Origin: TPA_inf: Saccharomyces
Lineage: Eukaryota
Length of the DNA stretch: 64,000 nucleotides
Reading direction: 5' to 3'
Assembly (NCBI GenBank): GCA_000146045.2
Contig: BK006941.2
Location: 864,001-928,000, forward strand
Under the pieces are notes generated by a model. That model did no database searches. It saw nothing but the letters and a program-made list of their open reading frames with translations, and was not told where the DNA came from. Shown one piece after another: positions 38,271 to 49,227 of the stretch. Each line of letters opens with the position of its first letter. Positions within the stretch are counted from its first letter, which is position 1. The position numbers and the translations under genes are program-made.

Positions 38271-38519
38271 GATTATGGAACGTTAACTATATAAAGTTTT
38301 TGCAGGAACTGGGATATACAAATAGATATACTAGTCTCTACGTGCAATTGTAAGCTACCTCTGCCCATCGCCTAATATTAAAACAAAAAAATTTTTCATC
38401 TATTTCAATATCGGACACTTTTCCCGTCACGTGGAAACGGCTGACAAGGTTAATAAGAAGAAATCGCTTAAAGGACCGACCCAGGCTATAAATTATACTG
38501 ATCTTTATACACTATACTC

Positions 38520-39197
38520 TTATTTAATGGGTTGCATCTCAGTCTCACACATTTTGAAACTCTCAAATTCACCTTCAAAAAAGCGGGACTTAATTACTCG
38601 ATTAAACCAGCGCGTAACCTCTGGATGCTTAGACCTCCATGTTTCATCGAAAAAACTTATAAACCCTAGCGAAAAAGCAGCCGCTGAGATTAAATCAGCA
38701 AGAGTTTCGTGGTCATCACAGACAAGGTATTGCTGTTTCTTTAACCTTTTCTCGTAAAGCGAAACAATGGTGTCGACATTCTCTCTTGCGGCTTTGAATT
38801 CAGTGGCATTATATGGCTTTACGCCAATTAGAGGGAAAAACACCTCACAAACCTCATTCAAGAAATCACTGTTGGAAAGCGATTCCCATCTTAAAATATC
38901 TGCACGAGTTTTGAAGTCACCTTCGGGACCCAACAACTGGCGCACAGCTTCCTTGTCGCTCGACAGATGGATCAAGTAGTAGTCAATAGCCATTGCCTCT
39001 GTAAGCGTCCACTCGTCATGCGGTCCAACAAAAGTTGGGTACTTACGCAAGGGAAACTCCCTTTCGTAAAGTTGCTGAGCGTCACTTGGATCAGCAAGCT
39101 TAACGTCCAGCTTCAAGGAACGCACTAAACCTCTTGGCACAATGGTCCTAATCAACTTTCTCTCCTTCAAATCAGTAAACAGTGTTCCGTCAGACAT
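38520..39197 (-). CDS. GST-like protein related to eEF1B-gamma N-terminal domain, uncharacterised (YGR201C); start at MSDGTLFTDLK (track ORF extends 49 codons upstream to 39344)
   Basis: 274-aa track ORF; GST-fold similarity; I recall the protein as 225 aa, which fits ATG at 39197. Confidence 0.8.
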   Translation of the reverse strand: MSDGTLFTDLKERKLIRTIVPRGLVRSLKLDVKLADPSDAQQLYEREFPLRKYPTFVGPHDEWTLTEAMAIDYYLIHLSSDKEAVRQLLGPEGDFKTRADILRWESLSNSDFLNEVCEVFFPLIGVKPYNATEFKAARENVDTIVSLYEKRLKKQQYLVCDDHETLADLISAAAFSLGFISFFDETWRSKHPEVTRWFNRVIKSRFFEGEFESFKMCETEMQPIK

Positions 39198-39473
39198 TTG
39201 TAGTTTTCTACACAAAGATGCCGAAATCAATGATGAGCAAGTATCGAGTTCGCTTCGCACTGCTACATCTAGGCTTTTATAAGGGGTGGTATCGTTTAAA
39301 GGTGCGGCTATTAAAAGGGATGAATACGTGGGAAACGGTTGCATTACAGGAAAAACAGCTTTTTATCTTATTATATCTTTAAATATGTACATACGCTTGT
39401 TTATACGTGGAGGCGACAAAAAGGGTTGGTTGAAGGGAGAGAGAAAGAGACGCACAGAGATTGGAGGAGGGGC

Positions 39474-40748
39474 TCAGTTCGCTGATTGTTTCTTCTTCTG
39501 TGTTAGGTTTTCCAAAGTTAACCTGTCGTTGTCGTCGTCATCTTCACTGGGAGGCGTTGAGTTAGTGTTTGAATCTGAATCTGAATTTGTATTCGTGTTG
39601 TTAGAATTTGTGTCTTCATCATCTTCCTGACTGAAAAGATTTCCATTGTCATCCGGTGATTTAGCGGTAGAGTTTTCGCCCGTAAATTCGTTGGCAAACT
39701 CTGTAGCCGGAGAGGCCTCCCTGATTAGCTTCCTAGTAAACGGATCATCCAAAAAATTCTGTTTTCTTTGTCGTTGATTTTGTTTCTTTAATTCATTGCC
39801 TATTAACTTGGAGTAGAGTTTTTTGCCCAACGTTTTCTTTAGCAAGATTTCACGGACTTCGAAGTACAAGTCTCTGGAGGCGTTATTCAAATTTGTCTGG
39901 TTTTTCTTGAAATATGACCTGAATTCATTGATGTGTTTTTTGAACTCCAGTTCGTTTTTCTTCAACCAAGAAACGTTCAGCTCCTGTCTGGTAGCACCCC
40001 TTGCAAAGTTTCTCATCAAATATTTGTCATAATCTCTGATGATCTTTGTGATAATATCACTTGTAGAGACACCATTGGTTCTTTGGGTAGTCAAGAATTT
40101 TCCCATCTCCTTTATTGGCTTGTAGATATCGTCGCTGTCGGCGCTAACGTAAGGAATATCGTCATGTGCCACGTAGTCAATCTTGTGTTCTAGTAGAAAT
40201 TCTGGGGTGACACACCAGGGAGCGTTGGGCACGACTTCGTCAACCCATCTGCAGTGCGTTAAAGTTTCACAACGCTGCTTATCGGTCAGCACAGTCAAAC
40301 CTTTTAGTTTGTGAGTGATTTTGTCGCTAGGCACACCAACTATCAGTGTTACATTGGGGAAAGCCTTCTTACACTGTTCCAGTTGCTTCATGTGGCCAAG
40401 ATGGAAAAGATCAAAAACACCATCTGCATATATCCTGATGGGTCTATCCGTTGGAGGCAAATTGAATCTGAAACCTTTAGGACGATACTTGCGCAGTTCC
40501 TTGGGCAACTCGTTGGTGTAACGAGCCTCCTTCTCTTCAAACTCCTTCGTCAACCGGCGACGCTTGCGGGGAGTGAGCTGTGTGTCCTTATTTTCATCCT
40601 GGTTCTTACTCTCATCCTTATCCTCATTGTCCTGCTCTTCCGTTTCCTCACGCTGTCTTTTATTTTTATTTTTTTTAAATAGGTTTGATAGCGATGAGTT
40701 AGAAAGCTTAGCCCTAATCGAGGACTTCCCTGTTGTTGGGTTTGCCAT
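39474..40748 (-). CDS. PCT1: Cholinephosphate cytidylyltransferase (CTP:phosphocholine), HxGH nucleotidyltransferase motif, Ser/Asp/Asn-rich C-terminal tail
   Basis: 424-aa ORF; YADGVFDLFHLGHMKQLEQ motif; recognised sequence. Confidence 0.9.
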   Translation of the reverse strand: MANPTTGKSSIRAKLSNSSLSNLFKKNKNKRQREETEEQDNEDKDESKNQDENKDTQLTPRKRRRLTKEFEEKEARYTNELPKELRKYRPKGFRFNLPPTDRPIRIYADGVFDLFHLGHMKQLEQCKKAFPNVTLIVGVPSDKITHKLKGLTVLTDKQRCETLTHCRWVDEVVPNAPWCVTPEFLLEHKIDYVAHDDIPYVSADSDDIYKPIKEMGKFLTTQRTNGVSTSDIITKIIRDYDKYLMRNFARGATRQELNVSWLKKNELEFKKHINEFRSYFKKNQTNLNNASRDLYFEVREILLKKTLGKKLYSKLIGNELKKQNQRQRKQNFLDDPFTRKLIREASPATEFANEFTGENSTAKSPDDNGNLFSQEDDEDTNSNNTNTNSDSDSNTNSTPPSEDDDDNDRLTLENLTQKKKQSAN

Positions 40749-41236
40749 TTTTCTTTGTGTCTGCTGTGCTTTGTACTACCAAGAGAGAATAGCAAGAGTG
40801 AAATTTGAAAGTTAAACAATACAATAAAGAAAAGTGACTGGCGTATGCAAGAAAGGGGAATGGGTATAAAAAATACAAGAACGGCAGAAAAAATAAAAGA
40901 AACAGGAGAAACAAACAATGGTAACTGTACTAAAACCAATACCAGATATATATTTCATACTTATTAAAAAGCGTTAAGAAACGAAGCGTAAAAACGTAAG
41001 AAAAAGAATGACTATATAACGGTAGGTCTTCGACTCATTTTTTTCTTCCTACATGCAAACGACAAATACGGGTAATGCACATTTCGCTTATTGGGTTCTT
41101 CCCTTTCCTTTTTTCCATTTTTTTCTTTCTGGCTGTCGCTAGCCTTTCTACTTCCTCCGCACATACAGTTTTCAGCACAGTATAGATAGCTGTGCAGCCA
41201 GATAGAAGCAAAAGAGAAGTCAATTGCAAAAAAAAT

Positions 41237-41683
41237 ATGGACTCGTACTCAATAACAAACGTAAAATACCTGGATCCGACTGAATTGCATCGTTGGATGC
41301 AAGAAGGACACACTACTACGCTGAGGGAGCCTTTCCAGGTAGTGGATGTGCGAGGCTCAGATTATATGGGGGGCCATATCAAGGACGGATGGCACTACGC
41401 CTATTCGCGCCTTAAGCAGGATCCGGAGTACTTACGTGAGCTAAAGCACAGATTGTTGGAAAAGCAAGCGGACGGCCGCGGAGCGCTGAACGTGATTTTC
41501 CATTGTATGTTATCGCAGCAGCGCGGACCGTCTGCAGCGATGCTGCTGCTTCGGTCGCTTGACACGGCGGAACTTTCTCGCTGTCGTCTATGGGTGTTGC
41601 GTGGGGGGTTCTCGCGCTGGCAATCCGTATACGGTGACGACGAGAGCGTTACGGCGGGTTACCTACCCGATCTGTGGCGTTGA
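41237..41683 (+). CDS. YCH1: Rhodanese/Cdc25-like phosphatase domain protein; start at MDSYSITNVKY (track ORF begins 15 codons upstream at 41192)
   Basis: Rhodanese-like fold with CxxxxxR-type loop (HCMLSQQRGPSAA); I recall the protein as 148 aa. Confidence 0.82.
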   Translation: MDSYSITNVKYLDPTELHRWMQEGHTTTLREPFQVVDVRGSDYMGGHIKDGWHYAYSRLKQDPEYLRELKHRLLEKQADGRGALNVIFHCMLSQQRGPSAAMLLLRSLDTAELSRCRLWVLRGGFSRWQSVYGDDESVTAGYLPDLWR

Positions 41684-41720
41684 CAGGTTTACACAATCGC
41701 ACGTGATCATATATTTGCCA

Positions 41721-41726
41721 TGACTC
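41721..41726 (+). promoter_or_regulatory. ADE3: TGACTC (Gcn4/Bas1-type) element ~210 bp upstream of ADE3 ATG
   Basis: Exact TGACTC hexamer seen; ADE genes are Bas1/Pho2- and Gcn4-regulated via TGACTC (established knowledge). Confidence 0.45.
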
Positions 41727-41933
41727 CTCCCAGTGACAATTTTGTTCTTTTTTCCTCTTTATCGCTTTCGTACTATGGTCAGTCATTCATTCATTATATA
41801 CGCGCTCTCCATAACCCGTAACTTTTTATTATATATAGACTCGTTTACAATACAACGATAGCGATACCATTCAATTGAAGTTGTGAGACCAGGTAACGAG
41901 ACGAACACAACTTTACAAGTCAAATAAGAAATC

Positions 41934-44774
41934 ATGGCTGGTCAAGTGTTGGACGGCAAAGCATGCGCTCAGCAGTTTAGAAGCAATATTGCTAATGAAA
42001 TCAAAAGCATTCAAGGTCACGTGCCTGGGTTTGCACCTAACCTTGCCATCATTCAAGTAGGCAACAGACCAGACTCAGCCACATATGTACGCATGAAGCG
42101 TAAGGCAGCTGAAGAGGCCGGCATTGTTGCTAATTTCATTCATTTAGATGAATCCGCTACTGAATTTGAAGTTCTGCGTTACGTGGACCAGCTGAATGAG
42201 GACCCACATACACACGGTATTATCGTGCAACTACCATTACCCGCTCATTTGGACGAGGATAGAATCACCTCGAGAGTGTTGGCAGAAAAGGACGTGGACG
42301 GGTTCGGGCCCACCAACATTGGCGAATTGAATAAGAAGAACGGACACCCATTCTTTTTGCCCTGCACGCCCAAGGGGATCATTGAGCTGCTTCACAAGGC
42401 CAACGTCACGATTGAAGGTTCCCGGTCCGTTGTGATCGGAAGATCTGACATTGTTGGCTCTCCTGTTGCAGAATTGTTAAAATCTCTAAACTCCACCGTC
42501 ACCATCACTCATTCTAAAACCCGTGATATCGCATCATACTTACACGACGCGGACATCGTAGTCGTTGCCATCGGCCAACCAGAATTTGTGAAGGGTGAAT
42601 GGTTCAAACCAAGAGACGGCACTTCCAGTGATAAGAAAACCGTGGTAATTGATGTTGGCACCAACTACGTTGCTGATCCTTCCAAAAAGTCCGGTTTCAA
42701 ATGTGTTGGTGACGTTGAGTTCAATGAAGCAATCAAATACGTCCATCTAATCACTCCAGTGCCCGGTGGTGTGGGCCCCATGACGGTGGCTATGTTAATG
42801 CAAAATACCTTGATTGCTGCCAAACGCCAAATGGAAGAATCCTCGAAGCCTTTGCAGATTCCTCCCTTGCCATTGAAGTTGCTAACACCTGTTCCTTCCG
42901 ATATAGACATCTCCAGAGCACAACAGCCAAAGCTTATCAACCAGCTTGCTCAAGAATTGGGTATTTACTCTCATGAGTTGGAGCTGTACGGACATTACAA
43001 GGCCAAAATTTCTCCTAAAGTCATCGAAAGGCTGCAGACGCGCCAAAATGGTAAGTACATCTTGGTGTCTGGTATCACACCAACACCACTGGGAGAGGGT
43101 AAATCCACTACAACAATGGGTCTTGTCCAGGCACTAACGGCTCACTTGGGCAAGCCAGCCATTGCGAACGTCAGACAACCCTCCCTAGGACCCACTTTAG
43201 GTGTCAAAGGTGGTGCTGCGGGTGGTGGTTATTCCCAAGTCATCCCAATGGACGAATTCAACTTACATTTGACTGGTGACATTCACGCCATTGGTGCGGC
43301 TAACAACCTACTTGCTGCCGCTATTGACACTAGAATGTTCCATGAGACCACTCAAAAGAACGACGCTACCTTCTACAACAGACTAGTGCCTAGAAAGAAC
43401 GGAAAGAGAAAGTTTACTCCCTCCATGCAAAGAAGATTGAACAGACTGGGTATTCAAAAGACCAACCCCGATGATCTAACACCCGAAGAGATCAACAAAT
43501 TCGCCAGATTGAACATTGACCCGGACACTATTACTATCAAGAGGGTGGTCGATATCAACGACAGAATGTTAAGACAAATCACCATTGGTCAAGCCCCTAC
43601 CGAGAAGAACCACACAAGAGTTACTGGATTCGATATCACCGTTGCTTCTGAATTGATGGCTATTCTTGCTCTTTCAAAGGACTTGAGGGACATGAAGGAA
43701 CGTATTGGAAGAGTCGTTGTTGCTGCTGACGTAAACAGGTCTCCAGTCACTGTTGAAGATGTGGGTTGTACCGGTGCCTTAACCGCTTTATTAAGAGACG
43801 CTATCAAGCCCAACTTGATGCAAACTTTAGAAGGTACTCCTGTCTTGGTCCATGCCGGCCCATTTGCCAACATCTCTATCGGTGCCTCTTCTGTTATTGC
43901 TGATCGCGTGGCTTTGAAATTGGTTGGTACCGAGCCAGAGGCAAAAACAGAAGCTGGTTATGTGGTTACTGAAGCAGGGTTCGATTTCACTATGGGTGGT
44001 GAAAGATTCTTCAACATCAAGTGCCGTTCCTCTGGATTGACACCTAATGCTGTGGTCTTGGTTGCTACTGTTAGGGCATTGAAGTCACACGGTGGTGCTC
44101 CAGATGTCAAACCTGGCCAACCTTTACCTTCCGCATACACTGAAGAGAATATCGAGTTTGTCGAAAAAGGTGCCGCTAACATGTGTAAACAAATTGCCAA
44201 CATTAAGCAATTTGGCGTCCCCGTCGTTGTCGCAATTAACAAGTTTGAAACTGACACTGAAGGTGAAATAGCCGCCATTAGAAAAGCCGCTTTGGAAGCT
44301 GGTGCATTTGAAGCCGTAACCTCTAACCATTGGGCCGAAGGTGGTAAAGGTGCTATCGACTTGGCCAAGGCCGTCATCGAAGCTTCCAACCAACCAGTGG
44401 ACTTCCATTTCCTATATGACGTTAACTCCTCCGTTGAAGACAAATTAACTACTATCGTTCAAAAGATGTACGGTGGTGCCGCAATCGATATCTTGCCTGA
44501 AGCACAACGCAAGATTGACATGTACAAGGAACAAGGTTTCGGTAACTTGCCAATTTGTATCGCCAAGACACAATACTCTTTATCCCACGATGCAACTTTG
44601 AAAGGTGTTCCAACCGGGTTCACTTTCCCCATCAGAGACGTCAGATTGTCTAATGGTGCTGGATACTTATACGCTCTTGCCGCCGAAATACAAACCATTC
44701 CTGGTTTGGCTACCTATGCTGGTTACATGGCCGTGGAAGTCGATGATGACGGTGAGATCGATGGCCTGTTCTAA
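41934..44774 (+). CDS. ADE3: Cytoplasmic trifunctional C1-tetrahydrofolate synthase (methylene-THF dehydrogenase / methenyl-THF cyclohydrolase / 10-formyl-THF synthetase)
   Basis: 946-aa ORF; N-terminal DH/CH domain, C-terminal FTHFS domain with P-loop TPLGEGKST; recognised sequence. Confidence 0.95.
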   Translation: MAGQVLDGKACAQQFRSNIANEIKSIQGHVPGFAPNLAIIQVGNRPDSATYVRMKRKAAEEAGIVANFIHLDESATEFEVLRYVDQLNEDPHTHGIIVQLPLPAHLDEDRITSRVLAEKDVDGFGPTNIGELNKKNGHPFFLPCTPKGIIELLHKANVTIEGSRSVVIGRSDIVGSPVAELLKSLNSTVTITHSKTRDIASYLHDADIVVVAIGQPEFVKGEWFKPRDGTSSDKKTVVIDVGTNYVADPSKKSGFKCVGDVEFNEAIKYVHLITPVPGGVGPMTVAMLMQNTLIAAKRQMEESSKPLQIPPLPLKLLTPVPSDIDISRAQQPKLINQLAQELGIYSHELELYGHYKAKISPKVIERLQTRQNGKYILVSGITPTPLGEGKSTTTMGLVQALTAHLGKPAIANVRQPSLGPTLGVKGGAAGGGYSQVIPMDEFNLHLTGDIHAIGAANNLLAAAIDTRMFHETTQKNDATFYNRLVPRKNGKRKFTPSMQRRLNRLGIQKTNPDDLTPEEINKFARLNIDPDTITIKRVVDINDRMLRQITIGQAPTEKNHTRVTGFDITVASELMAILALSKDLRDMKERIGRVVVAADVNRSPVTVEDVGCTGALTALLRDAIKPNLMQTLEGTPVLVHAGPFANISIGASSVIADRVALKLVGTEPEAKTEAGYVVTEAGFDFTMGGERFFNIKCRSSGLTPNAVVLVATVRALKSHGGAPDVKPGQPLPSAYTEENIEFVEKGAANMCKQIANIKQFGVPVVVAINKFETDTEGEIAAIRKAALEAGAFEAVTSNHWAEGGKGAIDLAKAVIEASNQPVDFHFLYDVNSSVEDKLTTIVQKMYGGAAIDILPEAQRKIDMYKEQGFGNLPICIAKTQYSLSHDATLKGVPTGFTFPIRDVRLSNGAGYLYALAAEIQTIPGLATYAGYMAVEVDDDGEIDGLF

Positions 44775-45212
44775 GACAACTTAATTATATAGAATTTAAT
44801 AAAGACAAATGCAAAAGTTTTTTTAAAGTATGGATGTATAATAATAATAACGATAATACGAACACTATTGGGACTAATAATGATTTATAGTTTTTTTTAC
44901 ACAGGGGATTTAACGTTCCGCGACCCTTTTTCCTTTAATTTAACCCCAGTTCCTTAACGTCGAAAATTTCCGATTCCGTTAAGGAGGAGAAAACCTAATT
45001 ACCAAACGAAGCGGGGAGACGCATTAATGAGAACAATAAATGTATGAAACTTTTAGCAATCTAAATGATACTATACCAAGACAAGCGAACACTGGCTAGC
45101 ACAATATTTGGGCGGAACGAAATAAAATAACGAAGATATACATAAGACACAAAGGAAAAAGCGTTCCATTGCATCTCTGAAGTGAATAATATAAAAAGTA
45201 GTAAAGCTAGAA

Positions 45213-46085
45213 ATGTGTGATAAGTCAAAAACGGTATTGGACTACACGATAGAATTCTTGGATAAATATATACCTGAATGGTTTGAGACGGGAAATAAAT
45301 GCCCCTTGTTCATTTTCTTCTCGGGCCCACAAGGCTCAGGCAAAAGTTTTACAAGTATCCAAATCTATAACCATTTGATGGAAAAATATGGGGGTGAAAA
45401 ATCTATCGGTTACGCCTCAATTGATGATTTTTATTTAACTCACGAGGACCAATTGAAACTCAATGAGCAATTCAAGAACAATAAGCTGTTACAAGGACGT
45501 GGTTTACCAGGTACTCATGATATGAAATTGTTGCAAGAGGTATTGAACACCATCTTCAATAATAATGAACATCCGGATCAAGATACTGTCGTACTACCCA
45601 AGTACGATAAATCCCAATTTAAAGGAGAAGGGGACCGTTGCCCCACTGGTCAAAAAATCAAGCTACCAGTCGATATTTTTATCTTAGAAGGTTGGTTCCT
45701 CGGGTTCAACCCCATTTTGCAAGGAATTGAGAATAATGATCTTCTTACTGGGGACATGGTTGATGTCAATGCCAAGCTCTTCTTCTATAGCGACTTGTTG
45801 TGGCGCAACCCAGAAATCAAATCTTTAGGGATAGTATTCACCACCGATAACATTAACAATGTTTATGGCTGGAGACTACAACAGGAGCATGAACTAATAT
45901 CAAAGGTCGGAAAGGGGATGACCGACGAACAAGTGCATGCTTTTGTGGATAGATACATGCCCTCCTATAAACTTTATTTGAACGACTTTGTCCGGAGTGA
46001 AAGTTTAGGTTCCATTGCTACATTGACGTTAGGAATCGACTCCAACAGGAATGTATATTCTACGAAAACGAGATGTATTGAATAG
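45213..46085 (+). CDS. TDA10: P-loop ATP-binding protein related to glycerate/uridine-type kinases
   Basis: 290-aa ORF; Walker A FFSGPQGSGKS; recognised sequence. Confidence 0.85.
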   Translation: MCDKSKTVLDYTIEFLDKYIPEWFETGNKCPLFIFFSGPQGSGKSFTSIQIYNHLMEKYGGEKSIGYASIDDFYLTHEDQLKLNEQFKNNKLLQGRGLPGTHDMKLLQEVLNTIFNNNEHPDQDTVVLPKYDKSQFKGEGDRCPTGQKIKLPVDIFILEGWFLGFNPILQGIENNDLLTGDMVDVNAKLFFYSDLLWRNPEIKSLGIVFTTDNINNVYGWRLQQEHELISKVGKGMTDEQVHAFVDRYMPSYKLYLNDFVRSESLGSIATLTLGIDSNRNVYSTKTRCIE

Positions 46086-46097
46086 TGATGTTATGAC

Positions 46098-46136
46098 CTT
46101 TTTTTTTACGCCTTTTTTTTTTTTTTTTTTTTTTTT
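46098..46136. repeat. Long poly(dT) tract (24 consecutive T plus flanking T-rich) in TDA10-MVB12 intergenic region
   Basis: ccttttttttacgcc followed by T(24) at 46113-46136. Confidence 0.9.
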
Positions 46137-46431
46137 AATTTATCTCACTTTTCCCTTCTATTTTATGTACTAACAGATAATTTTATAATGATTTCATGTA
46201 TTTTTGGTTCAGAATTTTGACAAGGCAACTCTTGAATAATTGTCGTATGCAAAAAAAATTGTTTATCTGTTACATATCCATCATAAAACTTTTATAGAGC
46301 TTTTATTGTCCTTCTTATACAAATACCGTTCAGAGGCTGTCCGAGATTTAAGCGGTTTTGGAAAAATTACTGCTATTAATTAAGATTAAAAAGGAAAGGA
46401 AAATAGCAATGGGAGCTTATCGCATAAAAAA

Positions 46432-46737
46432 ATGAACAATAATGTTGAAGAACTCCTACGGCGTATTCCCCTCTACAACAAATATGGTAAGGATTTTCCA
46501 CAAGAAACAGTGACTAGGTTTCAGATGCCTGAATTTAAGTTACCAGCGCTACAACCAACAAGGGACTTATTATGCCCTTGGTACGAAGAATGTGACAATA
46601 TCACCAAAGTCTGTCAGTTACATGATTCTTCTAATAAGAAATTCGATCAGTGGTACAAGGAGCAATATCTGAGTAAAAAACCACCGGGAATTGTTGGAAA
46701 CACACTATTATCTCCATCAAGAAAGGATAATTCCTAG
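46432..46737 (+). CDS. MVB12: ESCRT-I subunit Mvb12
   Basis: 101-aa ORF; recognised sequence and position between TDA10 and CIR1. Confidence 0.8.
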   Translation: MNNNVEELLRRIPLYNKYGKDFPQETVTRFQMPEFKLPALQPTRDLLCPWYEECDNITKVCQLHDSSNKKFDQWYKEQYLSKKPPGIVGNTLLSPSRKDNS

Positions 46738-46842
46738 TTAAATTGCATTTCGATATCTATGTACACATATACAGCAATTTTTTTTTATAAACCTTAGTAA
46801 TATTATCAGTTTTCATTTTATGTCATTTGACCTTTGTTGCAT

Positions 46843-47628
46843 TTAAATGGCCTTAACTTCTTTTAACTTTTCAATCAATTCATCCACAGAATTCAATTTC
46901 ACACCAGGTGACTTAGTCTTTGGCTCTTCCATCGACACTATCTTTAACTGAGGTTCAATATTAATTTCAGGAAAATCTTTTGCTATATCCAATTTTTCAA
47001 TAGGCTTTTTCTTCGCCTTCATTAGTTTGGGCAGTCCTACGTAACGCGGAGTGTTCAATCTCAAATCTGTAGTAATAACCATTGGTAAGGAAGCTTCAAT
47101 TACTTCTTCTCCATCGTCAATTTCTCTTGTTACCTGAACTCTACCATTATCAAGGAATTCCACCTTTGCCGCATTTGTTGCCTGTGGCCAATTTAATAAA
47201 CCTGCCAACATCTGACCGGTGTTGTTACAGTCATCATCAATGGCTTGCTTTCCCATCAAAACCAGATTAGAACCCTTCTTTTCAACAACAGCTTTTAAGA
47301 TTTTAGCAATTGCTAAGGGCTCTATGTTTTCTTTACCCACAGAGTCAATTAAACTACAGGTGTCTATTCCCTTAGCAAGGCAATTTCTTAGAATATCCTG
47401 AGCTTTGGCGGAGCCAATAGAAACTGCATGCGTAGATTCTACTAAACTCTTGTTCTTTTCTTTAATTCTGATGGCTTCTTCGACAGCAATATCATCGAAA
47501 GGGTTGATACTGAATTTGATTCCACTGGTTTCAATCCCAGTTAAGGTCTTATTTACTCTAGGCTTGATCTGGAAATCAACTACCCTTTTCACCGGAACTA
47601 ATATACGTAGTTGCTGTTTTGCAGACAT
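46843..47628 (-). CDS. CIR1: Mitochondrial electron-transfer flavoprotein beta subunit; start at MSAKQQLRIL (track ORF extends 20 codons upstream to 47688)
   Basis: ETF-beta family similarity across the ORF; I recall the protein as 261 aa. Confidence 0.85.
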   Translation of the reverse strand: MSAKQQLRILVPVKRVVDFQIKPRVNKTLTGIETSGIKFSINPFDDIAVEEAIRIKEKNKSLVESTHAVSIGSAKAQDILRNCLAKGIDTCSLIDSVGKENIEPLAIAKILKAVVEKKGSNLVLMGKQAIDDDCNNTGQMLAGLLNWPQATNAAKVEFLDNGRVQVTREIDDGEEVIEASLPMVITTDLRLNTPRYVGLPKLMKAKKKPIEKLDIAKDFPEINIEPQLKIVSMEEPKTKSPGVKLNSVDELIEKLKEVKAI

Positions 47629-47882
47629 TTTTATTACTCTTTCTGATACTTGATTATCGGGGTTATTGATCCTAGTGTGTCTTGACAACGTTTCTCGAAT
47701 CAGGATTATTTTACACCGAGAAAGAAAGAGTCAATACTAATAATCTCGAAAGATCTTCAAGTGAAAAATAAAAAAAAATGATAAATAAAAAATAGAAACT
47801 ATGAAACTATGTAAAAAAAAAACAAATAGACATATCCAAGCAAGTCCAATAGCATAGACATTAAGCACGACAGCTGTAAAAA

Positions 47883-48812
47883 ATGTCAAAGTTTGTTATC
47901 ACCTGCATAGCTCATGGAGAAAATCTCCCAAAAGAAACCATCGACCAGATTGCGAAAGAAATTACTGAAAGCTCGGCGAAAGATGTATCAATCAATGGTA
48001 CCAAGAAACTATCGGCCAGAGCTACCGATATATTCATTGAAGTCGCAGGATCGATTGTTCAAAAAGACCTCAAGAATAAGCTGACGAACGTCATTGACAG
48101 TCATAATGATGTTGATGTTATTGTTTCTGTCGACAATGAATATCGTCAAGCCAAAAAGCTCTTTGTCTTTGACATGGATTCAACATTAATCTACCAAGAG
48201 GTCATCGAATTGATTGCCGCTTATGCTGGTGTTGAAGAACAAGTGCACGAGATCACAGAAAGAGCCATGAACAATGAACTTGATTTCAAAGAGTCTTTAA
48301 GAGAACGCGTTAAATTATTGCAAGGCCTCCAAGTCGATACACTATATGATGAAATAAAACAAAAGCTAGAGGTCACCAAGGGTGTGCCAGAACTATGCAA
48401 GTTCCTTCACAAAAAAAATTGCAAGCTCGCTGTTTTAAGCGGTGGTTTTATTCAGTTTGCCGGTTTTATCAAGGATCAGTTAGGTTTAGATTTTTGTAAG
48501 GCAAACTTGTTGGAAGTTGACACTGATGGAAAATTAACCGGTAAAACACTGGGTCCTATCGTAGACGGACAGTGCAAGAGTGAAACCCTTCTGCAACTAT
48601 GTAATGACTACAATGTTCCAGTTGAAGCAAGTTGTATGGTGGGTGACGGTGGTAACGACCTGCCAGCCATGGCTACCGCCGGGTTTGGGATCGCATGGAA
48701 CGCCAAGCCAAAGGTGCAGAAAGCTGCACCTTGTAAGTTGAATACCAAGAGCATGACTGACATTTTATACATTCTTGGTTACACCGATGATGAAATATAC
48801 AATAGACAATGA
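47883..48812 (+). CDS. SER2: Phosphoserine phosphatase (HAD superfamily)
   Basis: 309-aa ORF; HAD motif I FVFDMDSTL and motif IV GDGGND; recognised sequence. Confidence 0.92.
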   Translation: MSKFVITCIAHGENLPKETIDQIAKEITESSAKDVSINGTKKLSARATDIFIEVAGSIVQKDLKNKLTNVIDSHNDVDVIVSVDNEYRQAKKLFVFDMDSTLIYQEVIELIAAYAGVEEQVHEITERAMNNELDFKESLRERVKLLQGLQVDTLYDEIKQKLEVTKGVPELCKFLHKKNCKLAVLSGGFIQFAGFIKDQLGLDFCKANLLEVDTDGKLTGKTLGPIVDGQCKSETLLQLCNDYNVPVEASCMVGDGGNDLPAMATAGFGIAWNAKPKVQKAAPCKLNTKSMTDILYILGYTDDEIYNRQ

Positions 48813-48912
48813 AGAAAATAATGATAGATAGATGTAATAGAGTTTCTTTTTAAAATTGTTTATTTAAACTGGTAAACATGATGTACTTTACGTAGCGTTA
48901 ATATACCGGCAA

Positions 48913-49227
48913 CTATACGTTGGAAGCAATAGCTTGCTTGATAGCAGCTGGGTTGGCACCGACGACTCTGGTAACCTCCTTACCGCCCTTGTAGAAGATT
49001 AGGGTAGGCATGGAAGAAACTTCAGCTTTTTGAGCAACATCTGAGACTTCATCAACATCCAACTTGTAAAAAGCAGCGTCAGAATATTGTTCTGCAAACT
49101 TTTCAATCATTGGTGCAATCATTTTACATGGCCCACACCATGTGGCAAAAAAGTCAACAACGACTAACTTGTCGCCAGATGCTAAAGCACTGTCGTATTC
49201 AGAAGCGGATTTTAATTGAGTGACCAT
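48913..49227 (-). CDS. TRX2: Cytoplasmic thioredoxin 2; start at MVTQLKSASEYD (track ORF extends 24 codons upstream to 49299)
   Basis: WCGPC active site; 104-aa thioredoxin length; recognised sequence. Confidence 0.92.
   Translation of the reverse strand: MVTQLKSASEYDSALASGDKLVVVDFFATWCGPCKMIAPMIEKFAEQYSDAAFYKLDVDEVSDVAQKAEVSSMPTLIFYKGGKEVTRVVGANPAAIKQAIASNV

Noticed and set aside
43958-44443. 161-aa and 94-aa minus-strand ORFs inside ADE3
   Set aside because: Antisense to a highly expressed, codon-biased gene; no domain; ADE3 frame is unambiguous.
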